A DNA stretch of 64,000 nt from Marsupella aquatica (taxonomy: Eukaryota; Plantae; Marchantiophyta): positions 2,405,659 through 2,469,658 of the forward strand of contig OZ316895.1 in assembly GCA_973895155.1 (NCBI GenBank). Direction: 5' to 3'. Positions 12,624 to 23,904 of this stretch are shown here, piece after piece. A model generated the notes under the pieces. It did no database searches. It worked only from the letters and a program-made list of their open reading frames with translations, and was not told the origin of the DNA. Numbering within the stretch: the stretch's first letter is position 1; every line of letters starts with the position of its first letter. Both the position numbers and the translations under genes were made by a program.

Positions 12624-15600
12624 TCAGATTTCCGCCACACGCCGACTAGACGGCAATGAAGCTAACAAATACGGGACAACGGACTCCAGGATGTCGTCTG
12701 TCGAGAAAGAAAGGTGTTTACCAGGAAACATAATGTAATCCACACGTCCAGCATCATCAAGAGCTTTCAGACCAATCCAATCTTCCTTGTAAAGATCAGT
12801 CTGCACATTAAAAAATACACCCACATGCTCATCGTCACGGTAAGGTTTTTTCAAGATAAAATAATACTCAGTGACCGTAGAGCAATTCCTGTAGGAACCC
12901 AACATATTAGTCTAAACCTTTACGCAGTAGTGTTTTGCACAAACATGGGCTGACATGCCAACAAATAACCGATACACCACTCCGGGATGAGACTCAAGTA
13001 TGGACAATATACCTCTTGCGCAGCAAGTAGGGTCCTGAAGTCATTCGGAGCATAGAAACCAAACCAAGCCGTATTAGAAGGATATAGAACTTCGTCCTTT
13101 TCAAACTGCAGCTCCAAGGGACACGAGAACGTTGCTTTAGGAGATTTGATGTGATAAACAAGTTTAATATCAGAACACGGAAGCGCCAAGCGAAGTGTCG
13201 TAAGATTCATTGGAGTAAGTGTTTGGTAAGAGGGGCCCAGGCTGTGAACCCATCGAAGAAAACTGTGAGCAAGTGACGCCTATTCTTTGTCAGTACACGC
13301 GTTTCAGAAAGTAATATCTGTCAAGTGCACTTTCCCGTCAGTGACCTAGGTAAAGAACATTTATGCCTGACTTTTACAGGATATGTCAGTGGACTGTCGG
13401 TTTATTAGTTACGAAGGAAAGTGATTCTGCTTGTTGCATAATTTCTTCATTTCTAAATCTATAATACTGCTCTATCTTTGTAACTTGGCCCTCCCTTTTT
13501 CTCTCTTTCGAGCGATCGGATCCCCAAGTACTATAAATTTATTCGTTCCCAAGAAAGTCACGGGAAAACATCTCAGTACGAGGATTACTACTCTGGAAAG
13601 TTTCTTTCGTGAGTGGAACTCATTCTTCTGAATGAGTTCCATCAATGTGCCACTGTAACTGGATCTTCACTCATGTCGCCCAGCAAAGACGTTTTTTGGA
13701 GGACGAACCAGGCAACAGATACAAAGTGACTCACAACAATTTCAAAGTTTTTCACAGGAGAACCTTGTCACAGGAAAAGCTCTCCAGAATTATTGAAAAG
13801 AAGGTCGTAACAGAAAGGAAGTAACTCTGAAACCCACAGAGAAGAGATCAGGGAGCACATCTCAGGGCCAGGATTAGCAATCTGGAAAGTCAGTTTCTTC
13901 AAAGGATCTTGACATTTCCAAAAAGTTCCATCAAAGTGCAAGGATAACTGAATCATCACCGATGTCTCGCACGTTATGAATACAAGTCCCATGAGACGAA
14001 ATAGAAAGAAGTAGCAAATATGGCACAACACTATCACGGTTCCCGCAAAGACTACACCAAGACCTGACATTGGACACGGCTTTTCAAATAATTATACATC
14101 TGCCTAGAGTGATGGCGATTAGAATCTTGGCTTTGACCTTATATGAGGTATCTATGAGGGAGCACATCTCAGGGCCAGGATTAGCGCTCTGGAAAGTTTA
14201 CTTCTTCATTGGAAGCTGCTCTTGTGAAAAAGTTCCATCAAAGCGCAAGGATAAACTAAATCATCATGGATGTGTCCCCGGTGTTGAAACAACCTTCAAC
14301 CTAACGACGAACTATCATCACTTTCGCCTTAGTAGTGCGTCGTAACGAACTTCCTCATAAATTCCGAGACCACAAAAGTAATAAAGGTAAGTCACTGAGT
14401 TACGCTTACTTGAATTAAGGCAAGGTGGTTGATAGAACCGAAGCGCTGTTTGTACGTTTCATTTCGACTGTCCGGCAGTTCGTTGTTCAGTTTGGGAAGA
14501 AATAAGCAACCTTTGTAATAGGCATCCAAGTCCTGAACATAGAAATTCAAAACTTAGCCATCAAGCTGAAAGTGGCCATTACTGTCTTATGACCTTGCCA
14601 ATTTCTATGAATAGCTTGACGAGATCAGCTAAAACTTCACCTCTTGATATGTAATGCGATTTAGGAAATTTCAGCAAAAAATTATTGACAACTTCCGTTC
14701 CAAGCACAGCAACTTAGAGAACAGAACCCGTATTATCAAGGCTCACACACCGTGGGTATTTTCACATAGCCGGTTGGTGCGAGATTGTTCTGGAGACAAA
14801 CCAAACAGAGCAGAATTAGCAAGATGTAGAAAGCCGACAGTGCAGCCTACTTTTCTGTCTTCGAGTACATTCAAAAATCAAGGAGCTATGGTAAACATAG
14901 TAAGAACCAGAAGACGAGCCCCTGCATATGCAACTTAATACTTGACAAATACTCAAGACAAATAACGGTCTTTCATTGAACAGCTAATATTATCTGAAAA
15001 AACATTTACTGTGGAAAATGCAAATTTTGAAGGAGACGGTAAACCTGAACATAAGAAGAATACACCCCAATACGAATAACTGCATCTACCAGTTTGCAGA
15101 CAAGGAGAACCTGAACAGCAAAAGACAGATAGTGGTCTGTGGTTTATGACTAGCTGAATGTGGGCACCATCTGAAGCTAGACTTCAACTCTGTAACATGT
15201 TTGGTGAGATGAACACTTCCCCATCCATCGAAACATCCCTAACCTTTGAAAAGCTGTCTTGACTTAATGGCCAACTAACCACAAAGGACAGCTTTAGAAT
15301 CTCAATTTCAGCGACTGCTTTAAATAATAAAAAGCCCAGATAAAGTCCTGAATACAGGCTGATGAGCTTTCCAGGTGACCTGTAACAATGAAATTCTACT
15401 CAACCGCTAATTAACACATATTCTGTCATTAGCCAGTAAATTCCATTCCATTGGCCACAGAAATAAGAAAATCACAAGAAGTGGGTTCTTCCAACTAAAC
15501 CCACCTTGCAAAGCGGCACTGCAGCAATGCCAGCATGAGGCCCTCCAATCGAAACAAAGTTATTTACCTGAAAGCAGAGCATTTTTCTGGTCAAACTTTC

Positions 15601-18039
15601 CTGAACACAAGGGCCCAGCTCAACATACAATCAGGCGGCGAAAATGCCTGAAACTCCATTCCATATGATCATATTGTAGCACATGGGTAGCAGCTACATA
15701 CTGTAAGCAAGGAACCGTAAATGTTGTACGATCTACATCTCTATTCAGAACACAACTCCTTGCATGACGTGAATATGCCAGCCATGCTTTAACATAGGCG
15801 GAGAGTTTGTACTACGTACCGGAGGTCCATCCTCACAATATTGGATCACAGCACGACCAATCACATTGCCCTGCAGGCAACAGCGACTCGTAATTAGACT
15901 ACAACAAAACCAGACTTCTCCCGCTACCATAGATGTTGGCTGAATCACACTGAATTTAACAGATGTTTTTGAAGTAAATATTTCACACTACACCTCTGAG
16001 GCTGACAATCTCGAAATGAGGCATAATAATCGCTCAGAAACACTAGTAAGTCCTCACAAGCCTGTGAAATCTAAAGCAGACAAAAACATTCCAGTCGGGT
16101 AAGCTGATCCTAGGTTATTCTTTCACCTCAACAAGCAGAGAAAGGACTAACCTGAGACAGGCCAACCATATTGTATCCATGCTGCAGCTCTGTCGTGCTT
16201 TTTACCTGCAAAGTGGAACAAGTAGAGTAATAGAATCATGAATCAAGCTCTGTCATGATAAACAAAATCGTAACAAACAATACCTTAAGCAATCAACTTA
16301 GCGCTGAAGTCGAAATGACCCTGGAATGACGTCGTCTGAAACATTTAAGAACCTCACCTGCTGACACACGACGTCCGCTTGTTTGTCGAGACGCATGAAG
16401 AAGGAATCGCTTAATCCATCTCCTATCTCACTTCAATTGTAAGAGAATCGTACACAACAAGAAGCACAAGTCAAACACTAGGAGGGCAGACCCGATAGTA
16501 AAAAAACAATGCCCTCCTCGCGATCAACATCATAAATTGAAGCAATTGGACCAGCTGCCCCGACCAGCACTCGCCACGACTATGCAACTGTAACTGAAAT
16601 CACAAATATTATCCCAAAGCCCAGTGGAGCTAAGAGAAGGAGGATAACAGACGCCAGACTCGACCTCCGCGGGTTTTTCAAGAGTAGACCTCTGGCCCAA
16701 AGGATTCTATAAGATACGACTCGACTCCACATTTTGAAATAGGGGACGTGAAGCTGAACACTTTTATTATCCCAGCAGGACCATCACAAGGCATTTCCAA
16801 GAGAAGAAAGAACAGAGAAAGAGCCTATTGTGGCCATACGTGTATCAAACTCATATATCGCGTGCTGCAGCATTATTAAGTGAGTTTCTTACCTCAAAGT
16901 ACTTTTTGAGTATTTACACAAGCTTGTTCAATTTCATAGCTGTTCACCTCCGGTTCATGTTATAATTCACTTTATTGCTTCTCACTCTTGGTTGATGTAA
17001 CTTTTATATTAGGTCACTCTGTTAAATTTTCCATCGCAAAGCCGGAGTACACCACCCTGGAGAATTGAGTAAGGTACGCACATGCAGAACCCAGTCGCTC
17101 CACTCATCTCAGCCAGAAGAAGCGTGAACGCTGTCAAACCCTCGTTTACGCACGCATCTCCAATGCCTACAGGATCAGTCCCGAGGAGAGAAACGAAATT
17201 ACTTTCGTGAGTGGGAGCCAGCTGGCAAAGCAAGTCAACATAGGACTGCTTCGAAAACAAAGTGGCACAGACTACCACATTGACCAAGGACTAGTTCATC
17301 ATGGTGGATGTATTCCAAATTCCGTTAGTCATAAAAGGGACTGCAACTGAGAGTCTGGAAGACCTAATGGGAGATAATTTTAAAAATTATAATAATACAA
17401 CTATAATACAATACATGCGTTGTAGATTGGCTTACATTGCTAAAGAATAGAAACGGCTGATTCAGAAGACAAAAAACTAAGAAATTAGGAATTCAATCTA
17501 ACTCGATTTAAATTCCTTTCCGAGAAATGAAAAACGTGAGAACAGCCGACAAGGGGAGACAATGTCAGCGTAGTGAATGACTTGGTACATTGGTGACTGC
17601 TCTGATCAAGTCATCATAAACCTGAAGAAACCAAGTCCAAACACCCAATGGAAATGGGAGGAAAACTACAGAGGATGGGTAAGCAGCACGAAAGCTCACC
17701 ACTAACCAAATTTCTAAGGGTTTTTGTGCTCTCTCGTACCCACAGCAATGACGACAATTCCTCACTCGAAATCAGCGACAGTCATACCAGCCAAGTGAAG
17801 TGTTGCTCGACTATCCGCATTTCACTCACTGATCTTGGAAAACGCAGCATATTCGAAACACAGTCAACCCTAAAAAGAGAGGGGCAGGGCACCGGACCGT
17901 GAAGAACGATGAACGGCAGTGGTGTCGTCGACGGAGCCGCGTCCTGAATGAGCAGCGGCCGTGCAGAAGCAGCTCCATGATGAGGTCGGAGTACGAGGCA
18001 GCTAAGAATCAGAAGAGTGGCGCACCAACAGAGCCCCAT
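12624..18039 (-). CDS. PPT1: Palmitoyl-protein thioesterase (PPT1-like alpha/beta hydrolase), 11 exons, 321 aa, with signal peptide
   Basis: Exons: 18039-17898, 17166-17082, 16430-16358, 16205-16152, 15870-15820, 15567-15505, 15110-15045, 14789-14751, 14532-14410, 13105-13013, 12800-12624. All introns GT-AG; total 966 nt in frame. Motifs PFIVLHGIGD, GYNMVGLSQG (catalytic Ser), SIGGPHAG, FLPKLNNE, FEKDEV (Asp), LYKEDWIGLK, PGKHL (His). Confidence 0.94.
13562..13681 (-). ncRNA. Box C/D snoRNA-like gene, copy A (divergent), in PPT intron 9
   Basis: Minus strand: GGGCGACAT-GA-GTGAAGA (C-like), TTGA (D'), perfect 12-bp hairpin TGGAACTCATTC/GAATGAGTTCCA, CTGA (D)-GATGTTTTCCC. C-to-D span is 98 nt; homologous to copies B and C. 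Confidence 0.65.
13853..13968 (-). ncRNA. Box C/D snoRNA, copy B, in PPT intron 9
   Basis: Minus strand: GAGACATC-G-GTGATGA (C)-TTCAGTTATCCTTGCACT-TTGA (D')-hairpin-TTGAAGA (C')-AACTGACTTTCCAGATTGCTAATCCTGGCC-CTGA (D)-GATGTGCTC. Terminal stem present; C-to-D span 98 nt; same strand as the host gene. Confidence 0.82.
14158..14279 (-). ncRNA. Box C/D snoRNA, copy C, in PPT intron 9
   Basis: Minus strand: GGGACACATC-C-ATGATGA (C)-TTTAGTTTATCCTTGCGCT-TTGA (D')-hairpin-ATGAAGA (C')-AGTAAACTTTCCAGAGCGCTAATCCTGGCC-CTGA (D)-GATGTGCTCCC. Terminal stem of ~10 bp; C-to-D span 99 nt. Confidence 0.85.
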
Positions 18040-18527
18040 TCGGCCCGGCACTGAGAAGTAGGAGCTCAGATCCTGAGCTCCTTTAGCTCAATGACAAAGA
18101 TAACGGGGAGTGTTCACGTCTCGAGGTAGGGCAGAAGCTGCTTTCAGTCCCGTGCACGCCATACTATGGCACTGTATGGATTAGCACAGACCCGAATTCT
18201 AGACTGCCTACTTTATAGGTTTGAACATCTCACTCCCGTGATCTTTACTTCGACGAAAAGCGATGGTTTCTAGAGGTTTAAAATCTAAAGCCCCTCTGTG
18301 AGTAATTTCCAAAGCAAAGTGCATGAGTTTGGCAAACTTTGTAAAGCGTAGATGTCCTTGAGGAGGGGCGTGCATTCCTACAATTTTGTCTTGGAGTTGA
18401 GACTTCTTCCAATCGTCCAAGGCATTCTCGCTCCCGCCAGTTTCGGACATTCTGGGCCCATCTAACTCCAATCGAGCCGACATTCTGGGCCCATCTAACA
18501 CCAATCGAACCCCTATAATAAGGCCAT

Positions 18528-18857
18528 GCGTCTCAAATTTGGGGTTTATGATTTTAAACAAATGACCATAAACAAAGGACCATAACTTTTCCACATGGTT
18601 ATGTATACTTTTGTTTCACTAGCCTCTACAGTGACTTATGGACAAGTTTTGTTTCACTAGCCTCTACAGTGACTTATGGACAAGTGACTTATGGACAAGT
18701 TTTGTTTCACTAGCCTCTACAGTGACTTATGGACATGACATATGATCAATCTTTGTGGCAAAAAGTTATGCACTATGAATTGGTGGTCCTTAACCCTAAT
18801 AACTAACCATAAACTAACTAAGTCAAGGTCCATCAAATTTTAGGTTTGAGACCCCCT
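18528..18857. mobile_element. Degenerate MITE of the GGGGGTCTCAAA-TIR family with an internal 38-bp tandem amplification
   Basis: Right end TTTGAGACCCCCT-AAT matches the TIR at 49598/50001. The body is homologous to 47720-47907. TTTTGTTTCACTAGCCTCTACAGTGACTTATGGACAAG occurs three times at 18609-18735. The left TIR is degenerate, so the boundary is approximate. Confidence 0.65.
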
Positions 18858-20519
18858 AATGGGCCATCTGGTGCTAAGGTGTTTATAAAATCCAAAATGA
18901 ACTAGAATAAATTCTCGCCCTTCCCTCTAGACACGTTTTTTCTGTGAACGTCTAATTCCCTCAAAAACACCTAAACAACCTTGCCTAAACCCCAGGCCGC
19001 CTCGCCTGCCGTACCACTGGACCCATGTCCATCCTTGGCCGTGTCATGCATGCCCTCCTTCCCAGATCCAGGCGTGTGTGGGTGTGTGCATGTGTGCCTG
19101 CGCTCCCTCCCTCCCTCCCTCCCAGATGCAGGCATGTGTGTATACATGTCTACCCTCCCTGACGCTTGCCCGCCATCCGCTGCATCAGGGAGGATGGCGG
19201 GAGGCGGGAGGGAGGGTGAGGGCAAGGACCACAAGGGAGAATTAAAAACACGAGGACAGGTGAGGGCACGCCGGACAGTGAGAGAGGGGTAGACTTACAT
19301 TTGATATGGGCCTAGTGTTTTCTGAGTCTGTAGAGAGCCTGAATGCAGTGAGCAGATGTTCACCCCCTGGTAGGAAGAACACCTGATTGCGCTGGGCTAA
19401 ATATAGGATTGACGGACTGCGTAGGTTATGGCTCAATGATGGCAGGGGCTCTATTTCCACTGGAGGATGACACCAGTTCCCACTAACACATTTGATAGCT
19501 TGATAGGGTGCCCCAAGACCAAACATATATCTTGTGCATATTCCACATGTCTTTCACCCTGGCAGTGAGTGTCCAGAAAAGATCTCGCCACAATTCACTA
19601 TTCTTCTTCTCAAATAAATGTAGACAAACATGTTGTTCCATCTTGCCTACGTACTTGTATTTCCATCGACAACATCCCATTGCACACTTAAAGAACCTGT
19701 GATAACCAACATTGTCCTTCACCTTTAATTTCTGTAGTGGAAACCCTCAATAGCCAATAGCTCTTCCAAGTTGGGACTCCCTTGACGTGACATCGGGACA
19801 AGCTATGGCAGACTACAAGATGCACTTGAAAGCAAAGTGTGGAAGTGAAGAGGCTGAGCTATGGCAGGCATCATACATACCAAACACCCAAGCCATTTGC
19901 AGTTGGCAAACCTAATGCAAACGCTGAATGTGGAAGATCAACTAACAAACAAACTACATCTGATCCTAAAAATTTGGGGGTCAACTTCATTTTCAGCCAC
20001 TTAATAAGAGCTATGGCGGCCGCTGCCAACAGTGTCGACATTCATGGAAAATTACCCTAAGCCGTCAACACTATTAAGCTGAGTGAAACATGGCCCAAAC
20101 AACATATGAAATGTACGTAGCAGCGAGTTCATAGTGCTTGGGGAATTGGAACTTATTCGTGGACATGGATGAAATTTAGCACATTTTACAAACTTGAGCA
20201 AACAAACACAAATTAGGATTAGACTTTGAGTGGCGGAAATTGTATACAATAAACGTGATTGAATACATAAGCTACGAGGATTCCGTGAATCCCCTAGTAC
20301 TCGGTTTTCCTGATATCTATCGACAACGAAAGCGCCTCCATTTCCTTCATCCTTGCTTTCAAGGCAACAAAATTGGAAGGATCAAAGGAACTGCTAGCAA
20401 CACTAAGCCCAGAAACCGGTGTGAGTTTTGGGCTCTCATATAGCAGATCTAAATCCTCTTGAGAAAGCGTGAGAGTAACAGATTTACGACAAGGCGTACA
20501 AAGCGAAGGACAGTCCCTT

Positions 20520-21010
20520 CCCTCACAAATGACAATTGCTGGCTAACAGCACCATAATCGTTGACGCGAACAACAATCTCAACGAAAGGCATCTTGTCAA
20601 TAATGCATCAAACCATGCCGACTTGGGCTAACTCCTCAGCAAGCTGAAATCAACTAGACTCTTGTTCTTTAGTAGAGCCCTTCTTGCTTCAAACACGGTG
20701 GCACGTAGGGGGGGGACACTGTTCAAAAACTCCACAATCAACAAAGAACACATCAAACCTGTACTGATCCATCCAACATCCTTGCTCCAACGAAGAGTGC
20801 CCACATTTGTAAGGCCCTTTGATAGTTTTCAAACACGTACTATTGTTCTCATTCACATTTGTACAAGCCAGGTAGGTAAATTTCCTCGGATAAGCATTTG
20901 GTGCATTGAAATTGACAATGTACCCAAAAATTTGACCAAATGTGACAGTCTGCCCATCCCGCATGGCCTGGTGAATATCTGCAAGCGACGATCCTCCTGG
21001 GGTCTTCATG
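20520..21010 (-). pseudogene. RPA70 C-terminal OB-fold/zinc-ribbon-like pseudogene (probable transposon cargo)
   Basis: FGYIVNF...KFTYLAC-x8-CLK...YKCGH...YRFDVFFVDCG, then after a frameshift at the G-run near 20710, LRATVFEARRALL..SLVDF. The pattern resembles Rep_fac-A_C. Frameshifts and stops are present. Confidence 0.55.
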
Positions 21011-22180
21011 GTGACAGAAAAAAATTCAGGTTCAGTAAGATTTTTTGATAAAATAGCAAACATCCAAAATGATTCTTGTATATTTTGAAATATTTCTAGA
21101 TCGTTCCTGAGAAGGCTTCTTGAGGAAGCCTCATGAAGCACACGAAGATCAAGCCATGGCCGTTGGATCAACATAATCCCGATGAAGCATGTGCCGTTGG
21201 ATTGCCATTATGTGTTTGGTCTCTCTCTAAAGTTGATTTGTGCCCTTAGAGTTCCCCTATCAAATCTAAGCTAAACCATTTCTGACTCAACCAGTTGGTG
21301 CCCTAACCCCACTAGCCCACCTGAAAGATCACGAGACTAAACTTTCAAACCCGGTGCATGAACAATCCCCAGGTTGAGGACTGTTCACTAACTTAGAACT
21401 ATTCAGAACCATGCAAGCACTGTTCCATCAAAAACCACCGGCAGTTACCAAAGAGACTCCCTTCATGCGCATTCCACCAAGGAGAATATTAAATGTGATT
21501 CTCGTGACTCATAGAATGAAATGTTTTGTTGTTTTGGGGGACTCACTTTTTTGTTGGTCCTCTTGGTCTTTCCCTTTTCTTTCTTTTATTGTGTTTTTTG
21601 CCTTTGGGACCATGTCTCCCGGTTTGACATTCCTATCTTTGAAGGGAGATATATGCTTGATGGGCCTTCTGGTGTAACTTTCTTAATTGATGGGCCCTAC
21701 AAAATGTTTTTACCTAATAGGCCCCTTGCTACACTTGTGTGGCAGTTGTTCTTGTAGCAGTCACTCTAACCAATGTTTTCTTGATTCAATGACTAACTGC
21801 ACCGTCAAGCCCCGCACCCAACCTTGCACGATCGAACAGAATGCTCAAACGGTGCAGTTAGGGAACCCCGGAATTGCGGCGGCCGCTACCCAAACTGCAA
21901 AGTGAAGACAATGGATTATGTCTTTGGATTTGAACCGCGAAGTAAGACAATATGAATTATGTTTTGGGATTTTTTTACTGTACTGCGCGGTAGTCATGGG
22001 GCTTACTTTTATGTGCTCCACATAGGGTTCTTTCGTCGTTGTTGATTTGCAACTACCAGTTCGGAGGACATGTGTGGTCGTTATGATCCTAGTACTTCCA
22101 CGAGCACTTTTCCTATCACTGGCCATTGGGCACTCGTTCTCTGTCACTAGGCACTGGGCTTCAATCAACAACCTGAAGGT

Positions 22181-22265
22181 ATCGACAAAACCCAAGCATC
22201 GACATAAGCCCAAGCATCAACAAAACCCAAGCATCGACATAAGCCCAAGCATCAACAAAACCCCA
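22181..22265. repeat. Minisatellite of ~17-18 bp units (AAGCCCAAGCATC(G/A)ACA)
   Basis: CCCAAGCATC core repeated four times. Confidence 0.85.
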
Positions 22266-22539
22266 ACGCTTCCCTCTTGTAACACAAAGAATCAAAGAAC
22301 TATGATTGTCAGATAGTGGCGACAACCCTAAACCCCTTATAACACACGAATACATAATGCATTGTGTTTTCATGGCTAAACCCATCCCCGCCCTATTTAG
22401 AACCCTGTTGTGGTCAACTACACAATTTGGCACCTCATAAGAACATTGAGTACGGCTCATTAAGAGGGGGCCTATTAGGTAAGAAAACTTTCATAAGGAC
22501 CCATCAGATAAGAAAGTTTCACCAGAGTACCCATCAAGC

Positions 22540-22830
22540 ATATATCTCCTTTGACGGCCAACACAATTACCTTGTGTGTATTTGAGGTGGCATCAAATAT
22601 ATGTCTGCTTTGAAGGCCAACACAATTACCTTGTGTGGATTTGAGGTGGCATCAAATAGATATATCTCCTTTGAAGGCCAACATGATTACCTTGTGTGGA
22701 TTTGAGGTGGCATCAAATATATATCTCCTTTGAAGGCTAACATGATTACCTTGTGTGTATTTGAGGTGTCATCAAATATATATCTCCTTTGAAGGCCAAC
22801 ACAATTCCCTTCTGTGGATTTGAGGTGGCA
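22540..22830. repeat. Tandem repeat, 5 x ~59-61 bp
   Basis: Unit ATATATCTCCTTTGAAGGCCAACACAATTACCTTGTGTGGATTTGAGGTGGCATCAA, head-to-tail with no unique spacers. Confidence 0.93.
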
Positions 22831-23534
22831 GTCGTGCGTTCATGGTTCGGTGCAAATTGTCAACAAGGTTACACGTGGATGTCATGCACTTTTTTAAGTT
22901 TAAGCCTGCTTAGAAAAAAGGAAAACCCACAGTAGCTACACATGGAATCCGTGTACTTTTTCAGTTAAAGTGTGCGTATTCTAAAAGGGGAAACTGGCCT
23001 TGACCAAGCAGTCAGTATACAGTCCCAACGAACAAAAGGGGGGATAGGAAAAGTGAAAGACCCTGAGAAGACGAAACGAGGCCCAACAGTCCAACACGCC
23101 CGAGTTAGTTAAAGTGCATTGTTTTGCCTTGTTGTTCATGCCCCACCTAACGCGTATTTAACATTAAAGAACAAAAAGGCGAACCTAACTAAGAATTCCG
23201 TTCATATTCCATAAAAGACAAAAAGGATTCTGTTGATATTGTGGTCTCCCTAAGTACGGGCTACTCTAAACGGTTGTAAGCTAGTAGGACCCTATTCTAC
23301 ATAATGAGAGGGAAATCTAGAGCGGACACAAAAGGGATTAAAAATTTCTGCTCCAGGAGAAACAGATCCTTCAATGGTGATGCCCTGTATATGTGAGTAA
23401 AGGATTAGGATTGGTTGCTTAGTTTATTTCCTCTACCACATCCACAATGTCAGTCCGGGCAAGCCCTGGTAAAAACGGGCCATTGTTTGTTATTTCAACG
23501 AAAAGGACAACTTACTTGCCCACCGTTTCTTTCA

Positions 23535-23904
23535 GGGTGGCTTTACAAGACTGGGGCCATTGCTTTTATTCCCCTAGATTAAATCTGGATCTTATAATTA
23601 GTGGAAACAGCTACTGTAGCTGTACAAAAGCTCATTAGGTCTGGTGTCTATCATGGCAAGCAGTGGGCCCAGGTAAATGATGACATGGAGTGGGTAGTTT
23701 GTCTTGAATTTTAGACCAACTGGATAGGTGGTCCAAAATTACCAAAAAAATTCTCCTTCATTCAAGGGATTTGTATTTATTGAAGTTCATTCCCCAAATA
23801 TTTTTGTCCCAAGTCTATCTTTAGAACAATTAGTGTACTCTAGTTTGCTTTGGTGACAAGGGGTGACAAGGTCACAAGCTCCCCCGCCATTTGTAAAGCC
23901 AGCC
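23535..23904. mobile_element. Tourist/PIF-Harbinger-like MITE, 370 bp
   Basis: TIRs GGGTGGCTTTACAA / TTGTAAAGCCAGCC (13 of 14 match), flanked by a 3-bp TCA duplication. A related copy lies inverted at ~31600-31896. Confidence 0.78.

Noticed and set aside
17565-17617. ATGATGA...CTGA on the minus strand in PPT intron 1
   Set aside because: The span is only ~53 nt, with no terminal stem and no second copy.
17890-17898. Weak GTCCGG donor of PPT intron 1 as a minor-spliceosome or aberrant intron
   Set aside because: It is still GT-AG, keeps the frame and lacks the U12 GTATCCTT consensus.
22540-22830. Regular ~60-bp periodicity resembling a CRISPR array
   Set aside because: The whole unit repeats with no unique spacers, there are no cas genes and the context is eukaryotic. 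It is an ordinary minisatellite.
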